In this document: positions 13,730-24,699 of the stretch, piece after piece
Position numbering within the stretch: position 1 is the first letter of the stretch
How the letters are laid out: each line of letters opens with the position of its first letter
Assembly: GCA_973895155.1 (NCBI GenBank)
Contig: OZ316898.1
Location: 15,220,330 to 15,284,329, forward strand
Reading direction: 5' to 3'
DNA from: Marsupella aquatica
Lineage: Eukaryota; Plantae; Marchantiophyta
DNA length: 64,000 nucleotides
Translations under genes and position numbers: made by a program
The notes under the pieces: model-generated
What the model was told of the DNA's origin: nothing
What the model saw: the letters and a program-made list of their open reading frames with translations, nothing else
The model's database searches: none

Positions 13730-14700
13730 TCCCAAGCTGACAATCCAAGTCAAACAATTAAATCCATGGCTTGGCCAAGGACTTGGCTGCGTGAACTCTC
13801 TAACACAAATGCAACAGCAATTGTACCTATGGAGAATCCCATGGCCCGCTCTCTCTCATCAGCAGTGGTCTCTACTAACTGTCGTAGAGCCGTATCCCAC
13901 ACAAGTCCAGGACCACATGCACTGAAAGCATATGAAGCAAAAATGGCTCACAAAAGTGGGTAATGCACAACGTGGGTGCCTAACCACATTGACTATGGCC
14001 AATGGAGATCTATCAGGCTGGGTCACACCTTGTGAACGACGCCCTGGATCCAAAATATCATCCACTACCAAGGCTGGAGAGCGGGGAATGTTGACAAATA
14101 CTCACTTCAACACCTCACCTTGTAAACAATTAGTCCACCACAAACGTGAACAATGTGCACAAGAACCCATGCGCGCAGCATCCAATAACACAATAGGTCC
14201 AATCCAAGACCTCACCTAATGAACACTGGCAATAATTCGTTGATGATGATCACCCAAGAGTGGCATATTCTCCAAAATGTAGGCTGGAGACTGTGTCTGA
14301 TGCAACTGGAGATGACACAATGTTCACCCATAACATCTCCCAAAACAATGCAGATCGTGGATCATGAAGTCCATGCCCAACGCCAGCTCTAGATTGACCC
14401 TGACATGGCCAACCAGCAATCACCAAATCAATAGGGCCAACGCGATCCAAATGATCCACCCCCAACAATAAAATATCAGCAGGTAGTGCGTGCTGATAGC
14501 CACAAACAGCATCCACTGGCAATAACTATGAATAATGATCCACCAACATAGCCACATGGCGCAATGAGACTTTCTATGTTGTCTCATGTGTCTCCACATA
14601 CAAGTAACGACACAGTAGAATTCATGCCTGAAGAACAACAGCCAATCCTCTGCTAATCCCAACAAAAAAATCCAACAAAAAAATACCCTCCGGTGGATAC
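13730..14700 (-). pseudogene. C5 DNA methyltransferase (DNMT3-like) domain of outer retroelement, frameshifted
   Basis: IDLVIAGWPCQGQSRAG (catalytic PC intact), HDPRSALFWEM, AYILENMP (motif VI), ERERAMGF, LGQAMD. Confidence 0.85.
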
Positions 14701-15112
14701 TTCCATGCAATGGGAGTGGTATCCAATGGTGAAATTAAGAGTCATCAGCCCACCTGTAGGAGATTGCTCTGCTCCTAGTTGTGGTGTAAAAGCATGACGC
14801 CACGCATCATGTACCAATCGTGCTACTGTCTGTGGCAAGGCCTAGCTAGTGCCTCACACTAGTGGCACAACACTACCAACAGGTAACCCACGCATGACCT
14901 GCTCCTCATGTGACTGCTCTACTGCTGGGATATTTGCTGCATGTGCGTTACCCTCAATCAAATCATCAGGATCAGTGATCACACCACTGAATGCTGCCAA
15001 AGACAATGGTGCAAGTTTAGGGCCCCCACAGGTCCACTAAATCGCACTGGCAATCTGCTCAATCTAGCATCTCCAGACTACCAAGTAGGTCGATAGGAAA
15101 CTGATTCATCCC

Positions 15113-15442
15113 TGTCACACCATTCTAGGTAGTGTTAGAGTGTATCATACTATCTAGATCCGTATGTTTGGTATGTGTGCTATATGAGCCGATAAGGTTC
15201 CACCAGGTTTGTGTGAGAGGGTACTTCTCACTTGTGAGGCATTGAAAGGTCATCTTTCAATGTTGAGCCTTGGAGAGAGAGGAGCTTGAGTGTGGCTATG
15301 GTGGTTGTGAGCTCCGCTTGTGTAACGTGGATTCCTTGAGTAGTGCAAGGTGCGTTGGCTTGACATACATGTGTGATTAGATCGGTGCGGGATCGATGGG
15401 GTATTGTAGACCGGGATCGTTGTGCCGATTGTATTGAGATTA
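15113..15442 (+). repeat. 5' terminal repeat A1 (330 bp) of inner retroelement
   Basis: Near-identical to A2 (24233-24562); followed by cattgaaagatc, not by B and not by a TGG tRNA primer-binding site. Confidence 0.95.
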
Positions 15443-15699
15443 CATTGAAAGATCAGGAGCTTCAAACTCTATTGTGCGGACAAAAGCTCAGTCTGAGTTT
15501 ATCATTGACGATTTGCGGTAGATCGAATTGATTGGAGATGTTGTTTTGATCCGTGGTACCTCAGATCGTGGTGTGGATCGCCAGTATTTTGATTTGCTAT
15601 AGTCGATGTTGAGAAGTTTGTGTCTGATCTATGCTGCCATTCGATGGACAGTATGTTGTTGTTCATGTTTTTGTGAAGTAGATCGGGCTTGTTGAGGTG

Positions 15700-15862
15700 C
15701 GGATGTTGGTAGATCGGGCCTGCATCGTCGTCGTATGTAGTTTTGTTGGGCCGATCTGCTGTTTTCGCAAGGGAAATAGCCACAGATGTTGGTAGATCGG
15801 GCCTGCATCGTCATCGTATGCAGATCTGCTGGTTTTGCAAGGGAAACAGCCACGGATGTTGC
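15700..15862. repeat. Imperfect tandem repeat (~70-85-bp units) in 5' leader of inner retroelement
   Basis: gatgttggtagatcgggcctgcatcgtc...gcaagggaaa(t/c)agccac repeated. Confidence 0.75.
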
Positions 15863-16226
15863 TGAATCGACACCGCCTGTGTAGCATTTTGCAGAACTTG
15901 CATGTCAACTTCTGCATTTTGTTGAAGAAACAAAACTTTGAATGTTGTTGTTTTGGTAACGGATGCGGGCTGTTGCTGATCAGAGCACGGAGGCACTATC
16001 GCCTGCGTGTTTGCGAAGGGAAACGAGGCGTAGCAAAGCGTTGCGAGCTCACTCTTTGGCTCATCTCGGCGTTTTGAGGCTTTGAGGCAACTTGTGGTTA
16101 CTCGGGACAAGGGGCGTGAGGGCAGAGCAAGAGCGGGCGGGCCAGCAAGCCAGCTTGCTGGTACGTGAGGAGTAGTTGCAAGCTGCTAATTTTGGAGCAG
16201 CCATTTTGGTGCATAACTACAAGTGA

Positions 16227-16280
16227 GAGGTCACCCATCCCAAAGCTATTCCTTCCCCACACGCTTAACTATGTTGTTCT
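16227..16280 (-). promoter_or_regulatory. 5S rRNA-derived internal Pol III (type 1) promoter-like segment, antisense to inner retroelement
   Basis: Minus strand reads AGAACaacatAGTTAAGCGTG-19nt-GGATGGGTGACCTC, matching the plant 5S rRNA box A and box C regions with near-correct spacing. Confidence 0.8.
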
Positions 16281-16808
16281 TAAGTGCTCTTGTGTACACA
16301 CACTCCTTTCCACTTTGATGTTAATGGAATGAGCACCTAGGCATTTTATACACATTCTAGTTTGTTTAGATTGCCATTTTGGGCCAAATCATACTCTCCC
16401 TAGAGGTTTTTGATGCTTTTGAATCCATCTAGATGCATGGATTGAACCAATTCTGCATGGATCCTTAGCTACGACATTGAACATTGAGAGGCCTATTATG
16501 AAGGCCCCACATTGAACATTATGAACATTGTTTGATTGATGTATGATCACTATTGATGTGGAGAGTTATTTGGATCTCTTCTTGTTGATTGGATCCTCTC
16601 CACATATGCTTCCTGTTTATGCACCATGTTAGTTTGGCATGGGCGCTTGATTCTATAGGAGTGATACGGGTTTGCAACCGGACATTCTAGTTGTGCTACG
16701 TCTTTCTCTCCTGGTGATGTTGGAGTGATGCCCAACACACCATGGTGAGTGCTTGTGTTGCTAATAGGGACAGATTGCCCTTAGAGTTAGCATATAGATT
16801 AGATTAGG

Positions 16809-18443
16809 TTGGTCACCACGGATTCTTTTGGCGCTGCTGGATTACCCAATGGACGATGGACCGGTTTCACTCGGAGTGGGGCGCAGTTTCGGCCAGTGAC
16901 ATTGGTAGTAGTCAACAACACAGCTTCAGACAATGATTTTGACGAGGACTCTGTGAGCAGTTCTCCTCGTCGTCAAGTGATTGCACCTTTGTTGTGGGAT
17001 ATGGAAGAGATGTACGGGGCTACGAAGGGCCCATGACGATACTCTGGTGCAGTTGGCACGATTCATCTGGAGAACTTCATCCAGGAGTTTGATACGTGGT
17101 ATGATATGGAAACATTGCGTAACGCCGCGTTGTTTACCTCTTTCATGACATGGAAGGGATTATTTCAGCATTTGGAGGGACCACCCATGGATGACTACCA
17201 TGAGTTTCAGAAGGCTCATTTGGTTGAGATTGAGGCATGGAGGCAGCATTGGTCGCCTAATTACGTGTCCATCACCTATGGCACTAGTGCGGCTGCCCAA
17301 CCCATTGCCACAGCTGCTGCTTCTTCTAGCAGCACTAGCTAGAGTGGCACACCATCCACCACCAGCACTCCAACAACATCCACCGCTACTCTTGCCGGTG
17401 TGATTGTGACAGGGACTGGAGCTGCACCAACATTTAACCTTGTGGTGGAATTTTTTGAGGTACTAAAGGAGAATTATCAGGGTGTGAGAACTGATAAGTT
17501 GAAGGGTCTCCAGGAGTTCCAGCGCAAGACTGGAGAGAGTCCACGTGAGGCATACACTCGTATGCGCAGATTGATCACTGTCACCAAGGGAGTGACAGAG
17601 GCTCAGGCAGTCCAGTTTGGGTATGCAATTCTAGATAGAGAATTGCAACGCAGAGTGAGAGATGTCACTCTGCTTAGGGATGCAGATCCCACATTAGCAG
17701 TTGTTTTTACCCTTTCTGAGCGTATTGAGCTCAATATGGTGAATGAGAAGGTGGTGACTTCCGGATTTGCCAAGGAAGCACCAAAGGCTGCATCTACATC
17801 CACACCACAACCTACTACACGGAAGAGCCAGAGGGAGAAGCCTAATGCACGAGAGTCTACCAGCCAGAGACCTGTGCCCTCTTATGCTGGACAGCAGTTG
17901 GGATGTTGGATTTGTGGTGGGGATCATGCACAGAGATATTGCCCAGATCATAGAGGATTAGGGGGAGCATCAGGGCCTGATCAACGATAGTGTGATCATT
18001 GTGGAGCTCCTGGACACACCAAGGATAGGTGTTTCTCACTCCATCCTGAGTTACGGAGAGGAGGAGGATCCCGTACACATGATCAGGGAAGAGGAGGTAG
18101 AGGTGGTGGACGTGGTCATGGCATGCCACATGCAGGGAGACAGGGAGGTGACGTTGCCCCTACTGTAACCATAGATCCAAAGGATGCTAAGATTGCTCAA
18201 TTGGAGCAACAACTAGCTGCCATGGCTAGTTCCCAGGTGAGACCTACTTCTGGTGATGGGGCATCTACATCCTATGGACCTTCCACATCCCATGGTCCTT
18301 CCACATCTTATGGAGCTGATGGAGACCTTGCCACCATGGGATTCATGTGTGGCACTGCACATGTTGATGCATCAACAACTTTGACACGTGGAGTAGCCAA
18401 AGCTCTTGAGCCCCGAGGAGCAGTAGTGGAGTTAGATCCATAG
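16809..18443 (+). pseudogene. Gag with two CCHC zinc knuckles (in-frame stops)
   Basis: Retrotransposon-gag-like FQRKTGESPREAYTRMRRL; CWICGGDHAQRYC and CDHCGAPGHTKDRC (~17990-18045). Confidence 0.8.
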
Positions 18444-18859
18444 AGGGGGGATGCACGTCGGCAGACAAAGCTTCCTCAGTCTTTTACATTGTCAGAGACA
18501 GTTCAAACTGCCTCTATGAACCCGATTTGGACAAACCCTGGCGTGGGTAAGTTGGTAGAATCAGGTAGTGATGCAGTAGGGATGACAAGTACCTTGATGG
18601 GGGCGGCTACTACCATGGTACGCACCCCATTATTTTCAACGATAGACATGCTGAACTTGGGAGTTGATCCTGCAAAAGTGTTCAGATTGGCAGCTACACT
18701 CTGTGAGCACACTCCAGTGGTTGCTTCCCATGCAGAAGCAGCTTGCAGTGTTGAACCAGTGAAAACCATGCCACCTACTCCTACTAGTGAGACATGGCAT
18801 GCAGCAGTAGCGAGGTTGGTGGATTTACCAGCACGCCCTGCATTTGAGAGGACTAGGTT

Positions 18860-19290
18860 TAAACCTAGTGTTGTATCATTGGATAATCGGAGTGGTATCT
18901 TCCGATTAGTTGGGCCTTTTGGAGCAGTATACCAGCTAGAGAGGGTGTTACTGGATACTGGTGCTCAGCCCTTGATGTTGGGTAAGTCTGCCATGCGTGG
19001 ATTGGGATTGCGTCTAGAGGATTTGGAGGATTGTCCCTTTCCCATTCAGACTTAATTGGGGGGACCTACACCTACACAGCACATTACCAGGAGACCTCTT
19101 GATTTGAGGATTTGGGAAGGTCATACCATAGATAGCTCACAGATACAGGCGCGAGCTATTATGACTAAGGCAGAGTCATATGATGTGTTGGTGGAATGTA
19201 TAGTGCTCTACCCCATGGGATTTATTCTTGATTTTTGGGAGGAATCGTGTCATATAGACCTGATTGGCAGTCAGGATATGCTCGATTGAG
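18860..19290 (+). pseudogene. Retroviral-type aspartic protease
   Basis: VLLDTGAQ active-site motif near 18945; later YDVLV motif. Confidence 0.8.
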
Positions 19291-19659
19291 CAAATTTCCA
19301 GTGAGATTTAGTGGACCTGTGGGAGGCCCTAAATCCACACCATTGTCTTTGGCAGCATTCAGTGGTGTAATTATTGGACCTAATGATTTGATTGAGGGTA
19401 ATGCACATGCAGCAGATGTTCCACCATTAGAGGAGTCTCATGAGGAGCACATCATGCGGGGATTACTTGTTGGCAATGTTGTGCCACTAGTCTGGGGCAC
19501 TGCACAGGCCTTGCCACAGGCAGCAGCACGATTGGTACATAATGCATGGCATCATGCTTTTACACCACAGTCAGGAGTAGAGCAGTCTCTTGCAGATGGA
19601 CTGGTGACTCTTTCACCATTGGATACCACTCCTATTGTTTGGCAGTATCCACCAGAGGG

Positions 19660-20620
19660 TATTTGTTTGTTGGATCTTTTTGGTGGGATTAGCACTGGAT
19701 TGGCTGTTGTTCTCCAGGCAGAAATTCCTATGCGTCATTATTTGTATGTGGAGATAGATGAGACAGCACGGAGGGTCTCATTGCGACATGTGGCTATGTT
19801 GGTGGATAGATATCCACAATTGATGCCAATGGATGTTGTTTGTGGTTATCAGCATGCACTACCTGCTGATATTTTATTGCTGGGGGTGGATCATCTGCAT
19901 TGTGTTGGCCCCATTGATTTGGTGATTGCTGGTTGGCCAGGTTAGGGCCAATCTAGAGCTGGCGTTGGGCATGGACTTCATGATCCACGCTCTGCATTGT
20001 TTTGGGAGATGTTACGGGTGTTGCGTCATCTCCAGCTACATCAGACACAGTCTCCAACATACATTTTGGATAATGTGCCATTGTTAGGTGATCATAGTTG
20101 GATTGTTGCCAGTGTTCACCAGGTGAGGTCTTGGATTGGACCTGCTGTGTTATTGGATGCTGCACGTGTGGGTTCTCATGCACATCGTCCACGCTTGTGG
20201 TGGACTAATTTGATCCCATGTGAGGTGCTAAAGCGCGCATTTGACAATATTCCACGCTCACCAGCCTTAGTGGTGGATGATATTTTGGATCCAGGGCGTA
20301 GTGCACAGGGTGTGACCCACCTTGATTGCCCTCCATTGGCAATGGTCAATGCAGTTGGGCGCCCACGTTGTGCATTACCCACTCTTGTAAGCCACTCTGC
20401 TTCATATGCATTCAGAGCAGGTGGCCTGGACTTGTGTGGGACACAGCTCTACAGCAGTTAGTGGAACCTACTGCTGATGAGAGAGAGTGTGCTATGAGAT
20501 TTTTGACTGGCACCACTGCAGTTGCCTTTGTGTCAGAGGGTTTGCGGCGCCACGTTCTTGGCCAAGCAATGGATCTGACTTGTTTGACTTGGATTATCAG
20601 CTTGGGAGTAGCCGAATAGT
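19660..20620 (+). pseudogene. C5 cytosine DNA methyltransferase (DNMT3-like) domain between PR and RT
   Basis: Motif I LLDLFGGIS, II YVEID, IV DLVIAGWPG*GQS (PC mutated here, intact in outer copy), DPRSALFWE, VI ILDNVP, VIII SHAHRPRLWWTNL, IX ERECAMRF, X RRHVLGQAMD. Confidence 0.9.
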
Positions 20621-20874
20621 TGCGGATGCGCTCTGCTGGAATTACTGATTGTCCCTTGGTGAGCTTGCGGTCCACTGAGACCGTACTGACCACAGCTGGG
20701 GGCAAGCAGACAATTCATGGACCTATGGCAGGATTGGCCAAGGTTGGACAGATTATTGAGTAGGAAGAGACTGCTCAATCTACTGCTAAATAGCAATCAT
20801 CGGCTATCTCTTCTACCCTACAAAGAGATATTAGGGATTTGGTAGAGAGTTGGGAACCATAGCTTGGCCCTAAG

Positions 20875-22290
20875 TTGATAGGGGAGGAGAGACGTTGCAT
20901 GCATCAATTCCTGAAGAGTTACTGGAATTGTTTTGCATTTAGCATGAAGGATTTGGGGACATTAAAGGTTCCTGGTATTCAGATTGAATTGGCTAGTGAT
21001 GCGCCAATCTTTCGTAGGCCATACCGTTATAGTGACATGGAGAGAGCTCTGATTCAAAGCAGAACTCAAGATTTGTTGGAGGCTGGATTGGTGGAGACTT
21101 CATATGGGGAGTATACATCAGCCACAGTGATGCCAGCCAAGAAGGATGTGCATGGCAATTACACAGATAGGCGCATGTGTGGTGATTACAGACCCATTAA
21201 TCGCCAGACAAAATTTGATAGATATGCCATGCCCACACCTGAGGAGATCTTTGATGTTGTGGGGCATGCAAAGGTTTTCAGTTCATTGGATTTGAGGGCA
21301 GGGTACCATCAGCTTCCAATTAGGCATGCTGACAGATCCAAGATAGCATTCTAGGGGATTGATTCTTATGGCAAAGATTGTTTGTATCAGTGGTTATTCT
21401 TATCATTTGGGTTGAAAAATGCACCAGCTGAGTTCCAAAGAGTCATGGATCAAATCCTTGCAGGTTTGGATTTTGTCAGATGTTATATTGATGATATTTT
21501 GGTCTATTCTTCTACTGTGGAAGAACATCAGCAGCACTTGCAGATTGTGTTGGAGAGATTGAGAGCACATGGATTGAAGCTCCATCCTAGCAAGTGTAAG
21601 TTCTTCCAAGACCAGATTGAATATTTGGGCCACACTATATACCCAGGGGGATTGGGTGTATAGTAGACTAAAGTGGAGGCCATGACATAGATTCCTTGTC
21701 CTACTGATGTGAGTAGAGTTCGTGCATTCTTGGGATTGGCGAGCTACTACAGGAGGTATGTTAAAGGATTTAGCCAGCTTGCTAAACCTTTGACCATACT
21801 CACTAAGTTGGATCAGGAATGGATTTGGGGTGATAACCAGGAGCATGCCTTTCAGGAGTTGAAGCAAAAGTTGGCATCATCCCCTATTTTGAGAAGACCC
21901 ATTTCAAGCAGACCATTTCAGCTACACACTGATTGGAGTGGAGTAGGTCTTGGAGTAGTGCTGACTCAGAAGGATGATGAGGGGAATGAGTTTGTTGTGG
22001 CTTATGCCAGTAGATCAAACAATTCAGCAGAGGCTAAGTATAGCTCTTATAAAGGAGAGTGTTTGGCAACAGTGTGGGTTGTTGCACACTTTTGTTGCTA
22101 CTTGTTTGGTAACCCCTTCACCTTGATCACTGATCATCAGCCTCTTAAGTGGTTAATGGAGTCTGACAAGCTTACAAGGAAGCTTGCACGATGAGCATTG
22201 TTGTTACAAGAGTATGATTTCCAGGTGGTGCATAGGCCTGGAAAAGTGAACTTGGATGCAGATGGATTAAGCCGCAATCCATGTACCAGT
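20875..22290 (+). pseudogene. Ty3/gypsy reverse transcriptase and RNase H
   Basis: RMCGDYRPIN, FSSLDLRAGYHQL, FGLKNAPAEFQ, YIDDILVYS; RNase H LHTDWSGVGLGVVL, YASRS, LITDHQPL, NLDADGLSR; several TAG/TGA stops. Confidence 0.95.
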
Positions 22291-22659
22291 CAGCAGGATG
22301 AGACTGGAGCCAGATGGCATGATGAGTCAGATAAGGAGATGGTGCCAGGATGGCATGCATCTGCCTTTCTTTGTTGGGTGCCAGCATACAATGGATCTGT
22401 GGACTCTACCTCATTGGATGGAGTGGATGATGAGTCTTCAGATGTGGATGTTGGTGAGGTAACTTCTGGACAACAAGGTATTCACAATGATGTGAGAGTG
22501 TTGGAATATCTACGCAGTGGTTCTATTGTTGGCAGTGTTGATGCCAAAGAACGTGATAGGGTTCTACAGAGAGCCAAGAGGTTTCGATGGGAGGGAAACC
22601 ATCTTTTGAGAACACTGCATGATGGTAGGGTGTTGGTGGTACCAAAACCATTACAATGA

Positions 22660-23919
22660 GTACATTTGGTGCGACACGCACACGAGGAGTTGGGTCACTT
22701 TGGTGTGAAGCGCACTTACAGCTTGCTGCAGACATAGTATTGGTGGCATGGTATGCACACTCATGTCCAGCAGTTGATAGCTGAGTGTGTGGTATGTGAT
22801 AGAGTGACAACATCATTTAATGCTCCCACTCCCCAATTGCACCCGTTGCCGATCATGGGTTTGGGATATCATTGGAGTTTGGATTTTGTTGGTCCATTAC
22901 CTCTTATCCAACGTCATAATCGGTATGTTTTGGTCATGGTGGAGCACTTCTCCAAATGGATTGAGCTAGTGGCGTTGCCAGATAAAGCCAGTGGAGAAGT
23001 TGCTGCTACATTTTTGGATCGTGTACTCAGTCATTTTGGAGCACCAGCTGAGGTGTTGACTGATCACGGAACTGAGTTCCATGGAGAGTTTGAGAGTTTG
23101 TGTGAACAAGCTTTGATTGATTATTGTACTACCTCTCGTGATCATCCTGAGACAGATGGATTAGCTGAGAGAATTATGCAAACTGTGAAGAGAGGATTGC
23201 ATAAGTATGGCTTGCAGGTTGGTCATTTGGGAGATTGGGATCTCCAGCTACCTTGGTTAGCTATGGGCTACCGTTTCAGTCGGCAAGCATCACTTGCATC
23301 CTTCTCACCTTACTTTTTGCTCTATGGTAGAGAGCCAGATTTGCCAGCAGCTATTCGTCGTGATGCTGCACCAGTTGTGAACTTGGATGATCCTGATGTT
23401 TGGGTCAAGGTGTGTTCAAAGAGAGCACGGTTATTTCAGAGAGTAATGCCCATAGCTTTTGACAACCTTGCCATTGCCCAACATTGTGATACTTTGAGGT
23501 ATGCCACTATTTGTGGAGGAGGTTACCGTGCAAGCATTTGACGATTTCATCCTGGTGATTATATTTATTTGCAGCAGACAACACCCACGACACTTGATGT
23601 GACCGCAGGCCGGACGATCTTACGTGTGCGTGAAGTGTTGCCTTCTGGTGTCCTGATGTTGGAGGGACGCGATGGTATGGTTTGGAAGGATCATGTGCGC
23701 AATTGTGCACCATGTCACCTTCCCAACATTGATGGTACAGTAGATCCAAGCTTGGCACATGTTCCTGCTGGCTTGAAATATATGTTGTGTGGATCTGCTC
23801 AAGGAGCAGCTACTATGTTGATTTGTGATAAGTGTTCTAGAGGATGGCACATGTCATATTTGACACCATCATTGCAGGTGATTCCTAGTGGATCATGGTT
23901 GTGTCCTCAGTGTCGGTGA
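22660..23919 (+). pseudogene. DDE integrase (HHCC zinc finger + rve core) with C-terminal PHD finger
   Basis: HEELGHFG...CVVC; WSLDFVGPL, LTDHGTEF, DGLAER; C-terminal (C>Y)MLC...MLICDKCSRGWHMS(C>Y)LTP..IPSGSWLCPQC. Confidence 0.93.
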
Positions 23920-24093
23920 AGCCGACTAGTTATCATTTGTGTTCTCTTGGTAGATATGGATTGCAGGTAGGTGATCGATGGGGCTCACTTGCACCCGGCC
24001 TCTTGATCTTCACACCTAAAAAGGTGTATATCAACCTTGTAGAACTCATGGCTAGCTAGAGTTAGGGGACCTTACTCCCAGCTAGGGCGGCGA

Positions 24094-24699
24094 TTGTGGG
24101 TTTTGGACATGTGTGGACATGAGTTCCACTTGTATTCCATTCTCTTGTGTTTGTGATGTGGCAGTGTGACTATGTCTTGATGTATGTGACAAGCGATGTA
24201 TGTTGTGTAGCGATGTGTATGCGCACGACAGCTGTCACACCATTCTAGGTAGTGTTAGAGTGTATCATACTATCTAGATTTGTATGTTTGGTATGTGTGC
24301 TATATGAGCCGATAAAGTTCCGTCAGGTTTGTGTGAGAGGGTACTTCTCACTTGTGAGGCATTGAAAGGTCATCTTTCAATGTTGAGCCTTGGAGATAGA
24401 GGAGCTTGAGTGTGGCTATGGTGGTTGTGAGCTCCGCTTGTGTAACGTGGATTCCTTGAGTAGTGCAAGGTGCGTTGGCTTGACATACATGTGTGATCAG
24501 ATCGGTGCGGGATTGATGAGGTATTGTTGACCGGGATTGTTGTGCCGGTTGTATTGAGATTATTGTGGGTTTTGGACATGTGTGGACATGAGTTCCACTT
24601 GTATTCCATTCTCTTGTGTTTGTGATGTGGTAGTGTGACTATATCTGGATGTATGTGACAAGCAATGTGTGTTGTGTAGCGATGTGTATGCGCACGACA
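24094..24699 (+). repeat. 3' split direct repeat block B1-GC-A2-B2 of inner retroelement
   Basis: B (137 bp) occurs at 24094-24230 and 24563-24699, flanking A2; the B1|A2 junction is the palindrome GACAGCTGTC. Confidence 0.95.

Larger units (their letters stand above)
15113..24699 (+). mobile_element. Full-length (decayed) Ty3/gypsy-like retroelement with split direct repeats: gag-PR-DNMT-RT-RH-IN-PHD
   Basis: TG...CA ends; 4-bp TSD TCCC (15109-15112 and 24700-24703); removing it restores the host-copy sequence (compare 19230-19250). A1 15113-15442, B1 24094-24230, GC, A2 24233-24562, B2 24563-24699. Confidence 0.95.

Noticed and set aside
16227-16280. A genuine 5S rRNA gene
   Set aside because: Only the internal control region matches; the 5' and 3' stems are not convincingly present and it lies inside a retroelement.
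15113-24699. Classification as a DIRS/Ngaro tyrosine-recombinase element
   Set aside because: Encodes an HHCC-DDE integrase, has TG..CA ends and 4-bp TSDs; no YR motif seen.
24094-24699. B-A-B block as an assembly artefact or tandem LTR recombination product
   Set aside because: The same layout recurs in a diverged independent copy with its own TSD, and neither 5' end contains B.
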